NCBI RefSeq assembly: GCF_050920415.1
Contig: NZ_CP169309.1
Direction: 5' to 3' (one strand)
DNA length: 64,000 nt
Source of the DNA: Escherichia coli
GTDB taxonomy: Bacteria > Pseudomonadota > Gammaproteobacteria > Enterobacterales > Enterobacteriaceae
In this document: positions 54,356 to 64,000 of the stretch, piece by piece
Layout: every line of letters starts with the position of its first letter
Numbering within the stretch: the first letter of the stretch is position 1
The notes under the pieces: model-generated
What the model saw: only the letters and a program-made list of their open reading frames with translations
What the model was told of the DNA's origin: nothing
Databases searched by the model: none
Position numbers and translations under genes: made by a program

Positions 54356-55126
54356 ATGAATAACGATGTTTTCCCGAATAAATTCAAAGCCGCACTGGCT
54401 GCGAAACAGGTACAAATTGGTTGCTGGTCAGCACTCTCTAACCCGATTAGCACTGAAGTTCTTGGTTTGGCTGGGTTTGACTGGCTGGTGCTGGATGGCG
54501 AACATGCGCCAAACGATATCTCCACGTTTATTCCGCAGTTAATGGCCCTGAAAGGCAGCGCCAGCGCGCCAGTAGTGCGAGTGCCGACCAACGAGCCGGT
54601 AATTATAAAGCGTCTTCTGGATATCGGTTTCTATAACTTCCTGATTCCTTTTGTAGAAACAAAAGAGGAAGCAGAGCAGGCGGTGGCATCAACCCGTTAT
54701 CCACCGGAAGGCATTCGCGGCGTCTCCGTTTCTCACCGCGCCAATATGTTTGGCACCGTGGCGGATTATTTCGCTCAGTCGAACAAGAACATCACCATTC
54801 TGGTCCAGATAGAAAGTCAGCAGGGCGTAGATAACGTCGATGCCATTGCCGCTACCGAAGGTGTAGACGGTATCTTCGTCGGCCCCAGCGATCTGGCTGC
54901 GGCATTAGGCCATCTCGGCAATGCCTCGCACCCGGATGTACAAAAAGCAATCCAGCATATTTTTAACCGTGCCAGTGCGCACGGCAAACCCAGCGGTATC
55001 CTCGCGCCGGTCGAAGCCGATGCGCGTCGTTATCTGGAATGGGGCGCGACGTTTGTGGCTGTCGGCAGCGATCTCGGCGTCTTCCGCTCTGCCACTCAGA
55101 AACTGGCTGATACCTTTAAAAAATAA
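54356..55126 (+). CDS. garL: 5-keto-4-deoxy-D-glucarate aldolase
   Basis: 256-aa [36 protein letters not shown]... Confidence 0.93.
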
Positions 55127-55161
55127 CCACCACCGCAACAAGAGAGATGATTGATATGACT

Positions 55162-56046
55162 ATGAAAGTTGGTTTTATTGGCCTGGGGATTATGGGTAAA
55201 CCAATGAGTAAAAACCTTCTGAAAGCAGGTTACTCGCTGGTGGTTGCTGACCGTAACCCAGAAGCTATTGCTGACGTGATTGCAGCAGGTGCAGAAACAG
55301 CTTCTACGGCTAAAGCGATCGCTGAACAGTGCGACGTCATCATAACCATGCTGCCAAACTCCCCTCATGTGAAAGAGGTGGCGCTGGGTGAGAATGGCAT
55401 TATTGAAGGCGCGAAGCCAGGTACGGTATTGATCGATATGAGTTCTATTGCACCGCTGGCAAGCCGTGAAATAAGCGAAGCGCTGAAAGCGAAAGGCATT
55501 GATATGCTGGACGCCCCGGTGAGCGGCGGTGAACCGAAAGCCATCGACGGTACGCTGTCAGTGATGGTGGGCGGCGACAAGGCTATTTTCGACAAATACT
55601 ATGATTTGATGAAAGCGATGGCGGGTTCCGTGGTGCATACCGGGGAAATCGGTGCAGGTAACGTCACCAAACTGGCAAATCAGGTCATTGTGGCGCTGAA
55701 TATTGCCGCGATGTCAGAAGCGTTAACGCTGGCAACCAAAGCGGGCGTTAACCCGGATCTGGTGTATCAGGCAATTCGCGGTGGACTGGCGGGCAGTACC
55801 GTGCTGGATGCCAAAGCGCCGATGGTGATGGACCGCAACTTCAAGCCGGGCTTCCGTATTGATCTGCATATTAAGGATCTGGCAAATGCGCTGGATACTT
55901 CCCACGGCGTCGGCGCGCAACTGCCGCTCACAGCTGCGGTTATGGAGATGATGCAGGCACTGCGTGCCGATGGTTTAGGAACGGCGGATCATAGCGCCCT
56001 GGCGTGCTACTACGAAAAACTGGCGAAAGTCGAAGTTACTCGCTAA
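55162..56046 (+). CDS. garR: tartronate semialdehyde reductase
   Basis: 294 aa from MTMKVGFIGLGIMGKPM (NAD-binding GxGxxG). Confidence 0.93.
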   Translation: MKVGFIGLGIMGKPMSKNLLKAGYSLVVADRNPEAIADVIAAGAETASTAKAIAEQCDVIITMLPNSPHVKEVALGENGIIEGAKPGTVLIDMSSIAPLASREISEALKAKGIDMLDAPVSGGEPKAIDGTLSVMVGGDKAIFDKYYDLMKAMAGSVVHTGEIGAGNVTKLANQVIVALNIAAMSEALTLATKAGVNPDLVYQAIRGGLAGSTVLDAKAPMVMDRNFKPGFRIDLHIKDLANALDTSHGVGAQLPLTAAVMEMMQALRADGLGTADHSALACYYEKLAKVEVTR

Positions 56047-56142
56047 TGACGTCGTGCCCGGATGGCGTATTGCAATCCGGGCCTGGAATCCAGGCCGAAT
56101 AAGAGAAACGCCCTCCGGCGTCATGTGGTAACAGGCATAGGT

Positions 56143-57288
56143 ATGAAAATCGTAATCGCCCCAGACTCTTATAAAGAAAGTTTATCTGCCAGCGAGGTTG
56201 CGCAGGCCATAGAAAAAGGATTTCGGGAAATTTTTCCTGATGCACAGTATGTTTCCGTTCCGGTTGCCGACGGTGGTGAAGGAACGGTGGAAGCCATGAT
56301 TGCAGCCACCCAGGGGGCTGAACGTCACGCCTGGGTTACAGGGCCGCTGGGCGAGAAAGTGAATGCCAGTTGGGGGATCTCCGGCGATGGCAAAACCGCG
56401 TTTATCGAAATGGCGGCGGCCAGTGGGCTGGAACTGGTACCTGCGGAAAAACGCGATCCACTTGTGACCACTTCACGCGGTACTGGCGAGTTAATCCTGC
56501 AGGCGCTGGAGAGCGGCGCGACAAACATTATTATCGGCATTGGCGGCAGCGCCACCAACGACGGCGGCGCAGGCATGGTGCAGGCGCTGGGGGCGAAATT
56601 ATGCGATGCCAACGGCAATGAAATTGGTTTTGGCGGCGGTAGCCTTAATACTCTGAATGATATTGATATTTCCGGCCTCGATCCGCGCTTAAAAGATTGT
56701 GCTATTCGCGTCGCTTGTGATGTCACCAATCCGCTGGTGGGCGATAACGGCGCATCGCACATCTTTGGCCCACAAAAGGGAGCCAGTGAAGCGATGATTG
56801 TCGAGCTGGACAATAACCTCTCTCACTATGCCGATGTCATTAAAAAAGCGCTGCATGTTGATGTGAAAGATGTCCCCGGCGCAGGAGCTGCGGGCGGTAT
56901 GGGCGCGGCGCTGATGGCGTTTCTTGGTGCGGAACTGAAAAGTGGTATTGAAATCGTCACGACGGCGCTGAATCTGGAGGAACATATTCACGATTGTACG
57001 CTGGTGATCACCGGTGAAGGGCGTATTGACAGCCAGAGTATACACGGCAAGGTTCCGATTGGCGTCGCAAACGTGGCGAAAAAGTACCATAAACCGGTGA
57101 TTGGCATTGCGGGTAGCCTGACCAATGATGTTGGCGTTGTACATCAGCATGGCATTGATGCGGTCTTCAGCGTATTGACCAGTATTGGTACGTTGGACGA
57201 AGCATTCCGCGGGGCTTATGACAATATTTACCGTGCTTCACGTAATATCGCCGCGACACTGGCGATTGGAATGCGCAACGCGGGGTGA
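56143..57288 (+). CDS. garK: glycerate 2-kinase
   Basis: 381 aa from MKIVIAPDSYKESLSASEVAQAIEKGF. Confidence 0.9.
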   Translation: MKIVIAPDSYKESLSASEVAQAIEKGFREIFPDAQYVSVPVADGGEGTVEAMIAATQGAERHAWVTGPLGEKVNASWGISGDGKTAFIEMAAASGLELVPAEKRDPLVTTSRGTGELILQALESGATNIIIGIGGSATNDGGAGMVQALGAKLCDANGNEIGFGGGSLNTLNDIDISGLDPRLKDCAIRVACDVTNPLVGDNGASHIFGPQKGASEAMIVELDNNLSHYADVIKKALHVDVKDVPGAGAAGGMGAALMAFLGAELKSGIEIVTTALNLEEHIHDCTLVITGEGRIDSQSIHGKVPIGVANVAKKYHKPVIGIAGSLTNDVGVVHQHGIDAVFSVLTSIGTLDEAFRGAYDNIYRASRNIAATLAIGMRNAG

Positions 57289-57313
57289 CAAGGGCGCGCA
57301 AACCCTCTATACT
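57285..57313 (+). promoter_or_regulatory. rnpB promoter
   Basis: GTGACA - 17 bp - TATACT, with the -10 ending 7 nt before the mature 5' end; overlaps the garK stop codon. Confidence 0.6.
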
Positions 57314-57320
57314 GCGCGCC

Positions 57321-57697
<377 letters not shown>

Positions 57698-57704
57698 CTT
57701 CAAC

Positions 57705-57742
57705 GAAAACCCGCCAGTGCAAACTGGCGGGTTTTTGCTTTT
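57705..57742 (+). terminator. rnpB rho-independent terminator
   Basis: aaacccgccagtgcaaactggcgggtttttgctttt. Confidence 0.85.
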
Positions 57743-57968
57743 GAGGAGGGTGGTCGGAAAGATGAACGTCTTATCTGGCCTACAAAACAACGAAAATTTA
57801 ATATATTGCACAGAGGAAATGTAGGCCTGATAAGCGTAGCGCCTCAGGCAATTTTGTGTTTATCATCAGTCTCGAACCTGCTTCGGCAAGCTTTTACTTT
57901 TGGTGCAGACGGAAAGATGAACGAGTATCTAAGCTATTAATAATAGACTTTGCAAGAAATCATTACAT

Positions 57969-59138
57969 TTATATTTCATTTAAAAGATCGTAATCATACG
58001 TATATTCTTTGCTAATAAAACGACACTCGTTGAAGCTAAATTCATCGTCTGAAAAGGAATTGTCAACAGAATCTCTCTCTTCCTCCAGGCTATTATCTGA
58101 AAGCAAGTCGTTTGAGTTAGTGTAATCTAGGTTGTAATCGACAGTATAATTAATTTCTGGATCGGTTTGGTAATCATTTTTTTTGACGCAATCATATTCT
58201 TCAATAATTTTGTCGATATAATCATATGCTTTTTCTAATGAGAAGTTTTTCATCTCTGGTAATTTAACTTTGCTCAAATAATTATTAATTTTTGAGGAAT
58301 TTTTATATATGCTTTTTGTTAATTCTTTTTCTAATTTGTCTGTTATATTTGCTGTTGGTATGGATTTTATAATCGCATATCTCATGATTTTTAATTGATC
58401 TTCGGTTAAATCTCCAAGCTCATTTAAACAACTTTCGACAAAGTTGATTTTTTCTCTGGAATAATCATCGCTGATACTTGTTAACGCTGGGGTGATTTTT
58501 AATAAAGAATTCCATGAGATAGTACCATTGTGTGTCGAACGCATAAAATTTATATTGTACATATTGGTTTTAGTAAACTTTGTTGCAAACAATGTAAAGG
58601 GATCTAAAGTCGCGTAAGCCATATGTTTATTTGAAAAATCATAACCAGTTAAATCGACGTTATGCAAGTCCAGATAGGATAAATCTATTACGTCGCCTGC
58701 TCCAGAGCTAAAGATTACATTTAGTCTTCTGATTTCATTATAAATTTCCTTTAATGAACAATTTATGTTCATGATGTCTGTTGAAATTTTTTTGTTATTT
58801 AACGGTTCACAAATTATAAGTTCGCAAGTATTGTCTGATCGTTGCGTTATTTGGGCATTATAACCTAAAAAGTCTATGCGAAGAGACGAGTTATTATAAA
58901 GTATTACATTTTTTAAGTATGCTAATTCTTGTTGAAAATCACCATCGATAATACATGTTCCACCTGGTTGCAACGCGCAGATTAACGTGAGCATTTGATT
59001 AGAAGTCTGTTTTAGTTTTACTACACCTGGTGCTAGTGCTTTGAGGTCATTTATTATGGGGGTTTCAGGAATGTCATTCATTTTTATACGTACTAAATCA
59101 TTACCTAAGTCATTACCTATTGATGAAACCGGGAACAT
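57969..59138 (-). CDS. yhaC: uncharacterised protein YhaC (pentapeptide-repeat region, acidic C-terminus), AT-rich
   Basis: 389-aa ORF MFPVSSIGNDLGNDLVRIKMNDIPETPIINDLKA...; codon usage atypical for the neighbourhood. Confidence 0.75.
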   Translation of the reverse strand: MFPVSSIGNDLGNDLVRIKMNDIPETPIINDLKALAPGVVKLKQTSNQMLTLICALQPGGTCIIDGDFQQELAYLKNVILYNNSSLRIDFLGYNAQITQRSDNTCELIICEPLNNKKISTDIMNINCSLKEIYNEIRRLNVIFSSGAGDVIDLSYLDLHNVDLTGYDFSNKHMAYATLDPFTLFATKFTKTNMYNINFMRSTHNGTISWNSLLKITPALTSISDDYSREKINFVESCLNELGDLTEDQLKIMRYAIIKSIPTANITDKLEKELTKSIYKNSSKINNYLSKVKLPEMKNFSLEKAYDYIDKIIEEYDCVKKNDYQTDPEINYTVDYNLDYTNSNDLLSDNSLEEERDSVDNSFSDDEFSFNECRFISKEYTYDYDLLNEI

Positions 59139-59159
59139 TATTTTATCCTTTTTAAATAA

Positions 59160-59720
59160 TCAATGAGAATCATGATTAAAATGATCTGGTGAAAAAAAGA
59201 GAATTTGCCAACAATCTGAAACATTGTCAGTTTTATTAAAATGATTAAATTCCGTTAAGATAACTTCTTTTTGCGTGAACTTTGCGCAAAACTTAAAAAT
59301 TGTCTCCTTGATACACTCCAGATCTTTTCTATTGATGGCTGAACAAGTACATTTTTCGCCAAAAGGTGAAAATGTGCCTACATCTAAAGTTTGTATTATA
59401 TAATCATCATTTACTCCTGTAGAAATATCTATGATGAATGGACTTCTATTTTCCGGTTGGATTCGGATCATTACAGAAGAAACATCACCTTTATAGACAT
59501 TCAATGCAGTAATCGCAGATAATATTCTCCGCAATTCATTGCTTATGCTGTAAATTTCATTAACGTCATTTGTCGATATAATCTCGGCAAATTTTATTTT
59601 TACCTTCCAATAATCAATGTTTCTATTATAAGTGTTAACAGTTTCGTACATTGGTGGTATCGAAGGGGGTAAAAAATGTGAAACCGAATAACCTTTCATT
59701 GATGCCTGCCTTGTCTTCAT
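59160..59720 (-). CDS. yhaB: uncharacterised protein YhaB, AT-rich
   Basis: about 186-aa ORF (track ORF 189 aa); start assigned to MKTRQASMKGYSV. Confidence 0.65.
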   Translation of the reverse strand: MKTRQASMKGYSVSHFLPPSIPPMYETVNTYNRNIDYWKVKIKFAEIISTNDVNEIYSISNELRRILSAITALNVYKGDVSSVMIRIQPENRSPFIIDISTGVNDDYIIQTLDVGTFSPFGEKCTCSAINRKDLECIKETIFKFCAKFTQKEVILTEFNHFNKTDNVSDCWQILFFSPDHFNHDSH

Positions 59721-59937
59721 GACAAACAATAATCAATGCTTATTTTCCTTGCACGGTTCGCTCACAACTATCAAAAAACGCTCAATTACCCGGCATTACA
59801 GTCAACGAAGCAAAATTCTGTGGTCTACAACGATGTAAAGCACAACGAAAATCCTCCTTGTTCTCTTATTCTGATCGTATAGCGATGAACATCAATTATT
59901 CGTTTTGTGATCCTCAACACAAAATGCTATTTAGTAA

Positions 59938-60312
59938 CTATGGTGACAGTAGAAACGAGGGGAAACGATTGCATTCACAAAATGACGTCCTGTAAGAAGG
60001 GTGAAAGTTGATGTTAATCAATTGTTCGAGATGATCAATATCTGTATTCGAAATTTTAAAACATTGATAAAATAAATGTTTGCCCTCCAACAAATAGCGA
60101 GAAAAAATGTGACGTGCCGCATTATTTATCGCTGAAAATGATTTATTTATAATAAAATTTGATAACTTGCTCATAAAATTTAACTCAAAATTTGCCTGGT
60201 AATTATCCGCTAATTGCTTGAAATATGGTCGCGGCTGCTTTTTTTTATTAACCACATAACGAATGATGTTATCGCCATAAAATATGGTTATCCCTGTCAT
60301 TTTTTTTGACAA
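59938..60312 (-). CDS. tdcR: putative tdc operon regulator TdcR-like small protein
   Basis: 124-aa AT-rich ORF divergent from tdcA at the position where tdcR is expected; exact start uncertain. Confidence 0.55.
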   Translation of the reverse strand: MSKKMTGITIFYGDNIIRYVVNKKKQPRPYFKQLADNYQANFELNFMSKLSNFIINKSFSAINNAARHIFSRYLLEGKHLFYQCFKISNTDIDHLEQLININFHPSYRTSFCECNRFPSFLLSP

Positions 60313-60488
60313 AAATCAGGGTTTATGCTGATTTATATACTTTAACTTATTGATATATAAAAGAATTTAATTGATACAGTGATATCCAGAAAAGTATTGA
60401 AAGTTAATTTGTGAGTGGTCGCACATATCCTGTTCATTTCATTTTGATACACTTCATGCCGTCAATGAGGTTATTAACGTAGGTAGTT

Positions 60489-61427
60489 ATGAGCACTATT
60501 CTTCTTCCGAAAACGCAGCATCTGGTAGTCTTTCAGGAAGTCATTAGAAGTGGCTCTATCGGCTCGGCTGCAAAAGAATTAGGGTTAACTCAACCCGCCG
60601 TCAGTAAAATCATTAACGATATTGAAGACTATTTTGGTGTGGAATTAGTGGTGCGGAAAAATACCGGTGTAACATTAACACCTGCCGGTCAATTGTTACT
60701 CTCCCGTTCCGAATCCATTACCCGTGAAATGAAAAATATGGTTAATGAGATAAGCGGTATGTCTTCTGAGGCGGTGGTGGAAGTCTCATTCGGTTTTCCT
60801 TCATTGATTGGTTTTACTTTTATGTCCGGGATGATCAACAAGTTCAAAGAGGTGTTTCCGAAAGCGCAGGTTTCTATGTATGAAGCGCAACTGTCTTCGT
60901 TCTTACCGGCAATCCGCGACGGTCGACTGGATTTTGCGATTGGTACGTTAAGCGCAGAAATGAAGCTTCAGGATTTACATGTTGAGCCGCTGTTCGAGTC
61001 CGAGTTTGTGTTGGTAGCCAGTAAGTCCCGAACATGCACCGGCACCACCACGCTGGAGTCGTTGAAGAACGAACAGTGGGTGTTGCCACAAACCAATATG
61101 GGGTACTACAGCGAGCTGCTCACCACGTTACAAAGAAATGGCATCAGTATTGAAAACATCGTTAAAACCGACTCAGTTGTGACAATTTATAATCTTGTTC
61201 TCAATGCTGATTTCTTAACTGTAATTCCTTGTGATATGACATCACCTTTTGGTTCAAATCAATTTATTACTATTCCGGTTGAAGAAACATTACCTGTGGC
61301 ACAATATGCCGCGGTATGGTCGAAAAATTATCGTATTAAAAAAGCAGCATCGGTTTTGGTGGAATTAGCCAAAGAGTATTCATCTTATAATGGGTGTAGA
61401 CGAAGGCAATTAATTGAAGTTGGTTAG
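60489..61427 (+). CDS. tdcA: LysR-type transcriptional activator TdcA
   Basis: 312-aa ORF with N-terminal HTH (SIGSAAKELGLTQPAVSKIINDIE). Confidence 0.93.
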   Translation: MSTILLPKTQHLVVFQEVIRSGSIGSAAKELGLTQPAVSKIINDIEDYFGVELVVRKNTGVTLTPAGQLLLSRSESITREMKNMVNEISGMSSEAVVEVSFGFPSLIGFTFMSGMINKFKEVFPKAQVSMYEAQLSSFLPAIRDGRLDFAIGTLSAEMKLQDLHVEPLFESEFVLVASKSRTCTGTTTLESLKNEQWVLPQTNMGYYSELLTTLQRNGISIENIVKTDSVVTIYNLVLNADFLTVIPCDMTSPFGSNQFITIPVEETLPVAQYAAVWSKNYRIKKAASVLVELAKEYSSYNGCRRRQLIEVG

Positions 61428-61525
61428 TTATTTGTTTTTATTTAAACATAAATAATCCACCTGTCTGTTTTGCAGGTGTCGGTTACGGTTACCTACATAT
61501 TTAATTCAGGCTAAGAGGTTTTATA

Positions 61526-62515
61526 ATGCATATTACATACGATCTCCCGGTTGCTATTGATGACATCATTGAAGCAAAACAACGACTGGCTGGGCGAATT
61601 TATAAAACAGGCATGCCTCGCTCCAACTATTTTAGTGAACGTTGCAAAGGTGAAATATTCCTCAAATTCGAAAACATGCAGCGTACCGGTTCATTTAAAA
61701 TTCGTGGCGCATTTAATAAATTAAGTTCACTGACCGATGCGGAAAAACGTAAAGGTGTAGTGGCCTGCTCTGCGGGCAACCATGCGCAAGGGGTCTCGCT
61801 CTCCTGCGCGATGCTGGGTATCGACGGTAAAGTGGTGATGCCAAAAGGCGCGCCGAAATCCAAAGTAGCGGCAACGTGCGACTACTCCGCTGAAGTTGTT
61901 CTGCACGGCGACAACTTTAACGACACTATCGCTAAAGTGAGCGAAATTGTCGAAACGGAAGGCCGTATTTTTATCCCACCTTATGATGATCCGAAAGTGA
62001 TTGCCGGTCAGGGAACGATTGGCCTGGAAATTATGGAAGATCTCTATGATGTCGATAATGTGATTGTGCCAATTGGCGGTGGCGGTTTAATTGCTGGTAT
62101 TGCGGTAGCGATTAAATCAATTAACCCGACTATTCGTGTTATTGGCGTACAGTCAGAAAACGTTCACGGCATGGCGGCTTCTTTCCACTCCGGAGAAATA
62201 ACCACGCACCGAACTACCGGCACCCTGGCGGATGGTTGTGATGTCGCCCGCCCGGGTAATTTAACTTACGAAATCGTTCGTGAATTAGTCGATGACATCG
62301 TGCTGGTCAGCGAAGACGAAATCAGAAACAGTATGATTGCCTTAATTCAGCGCAATAAAGTCGTCACCGAAGGCGCAGGCGCTCTGGCATGTGCTGCATT
62401 ATTAAGCGGTAAATTAGACCAATATATTCAAAACAGAAAAACCGTCAGTATTATTTCCGGCGGCAATATCGATCTTTCTCGCGTCTCTCAAATCACCGGT
62501 TTCGTTGACGCTTAA
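61526..62515 (+). CDS. tdcB: catabolic threonine dehydratase (PLP-dependent)
   Basis: 329-aa ORF with PLP lysine motif (SFKIRGA). Confidence 0.95.
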   Translation: MHITYDLPVAIDDIIEAKQRLAGRIYKTGMPRSNYFSERCKGEIFLKFENMQRTGSFKIRGAFNKLSSLTDAEKRKGVVACSAGNHAQGVSLSCAMLGIDGKVVMPKGAPKSKVAATCDYSAEVVLHGDNFNDTIAKVSEIVETEGRIFIPPYDDPKVIAGQGTIGLEIMEDLYDVDNVIVPIGGGGLIAGIAVAIKSINPTIRVIGVQSENVHGMAASFHSGEITTHRTTGTLADGCDVARPGNLTYEIVRELVDDIVLVSEDEIRNSMIALIQRNKVVTEGAGALACAALLSGKLDQYIQNRKTVSIISGGNIDLSRVSQITGFVDA

Positions 62516-62533
62516 TTAATTCGTTGAGGATAG

Positions 62534-63868
<1,335 letters not shown>

Positions 63869-63893
63869 TCCGTAACTCAGGATGAGAAAAGAG

Positions 63894-64000
63894 ATGAATG
63901 AATTTCCGGTTGTTTTGGTTATTAACTGTGGTTCGTCTTCGATTAAGTTTTCCGTGCTCGATGCCAGCGACTGTGAAGTATTAATGTCAGGTATTGCCGA
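63894..64000 (+). CDS. tdcD: propionate/acetate kinase TdcD, 5' partial (runs off window end)
   Basis: [35 protein letters not shown]..., acetate-kinase family N-terminus. Confidence 0.85.

Overview
The window reads as a contiguous stretch of Escherichia coli-type core chromosome running from greA to the start of tdcD, and I found no CRISPR array, prophage, integron or convincing novel multi-gene system in it. All identifications are from reading the ORF translations and sequence motifs and comparing them with E. coli K-12 from memory (K-12 b3181 down to b3115, reverse orientation); no database search was run. The gene order is greA, yhbY, rlmE-ftsH, folP-glmM, secG-leuU, yhbX, argG, metY-rimP-nusA-infB-rbfA-truB-rpsO-pnp, nlpI, deaD, mtr, yhbW, ubiV-ubiU/ubiT, yhbS/Q/P/O, yraR, yraQ, dolP, diaA, yraN, lpoA, rsmI, the aga/kba cluster, agaR, prlF-yhaV, garD / garPLRK, rnpB, yhaC-yhaB-tdcR and tdcABC(D). 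Nearly every long ORF is a recognisable housekeeping or catabolic gene. The most notable accessory features are: (1) a 2.1-kb IS21-family element (istA/istB) inserted in yhbX with a short target duplication, and istA itself appears frameshifted; (2) a complete 13-gene aga/kba GalNAc/GalN cluster, where K-12 as I recall it is deleted; (3) rsmI and agaI directly adjacent with no yraHIJK fimbrial operon between them; (4) metY carrying G rather than A at tRNA position 46. The least understood parts are the AT-rich yhaC-yhaB-tdcR islet, yhbW, and the yhbO/P/Q/S cluster. Coordinates of small motifs are accurate to about +/-2 nt; CDS ends follow the supplied ORF track, with starts moved to the canonical start where I recognised the protein N-terminus.
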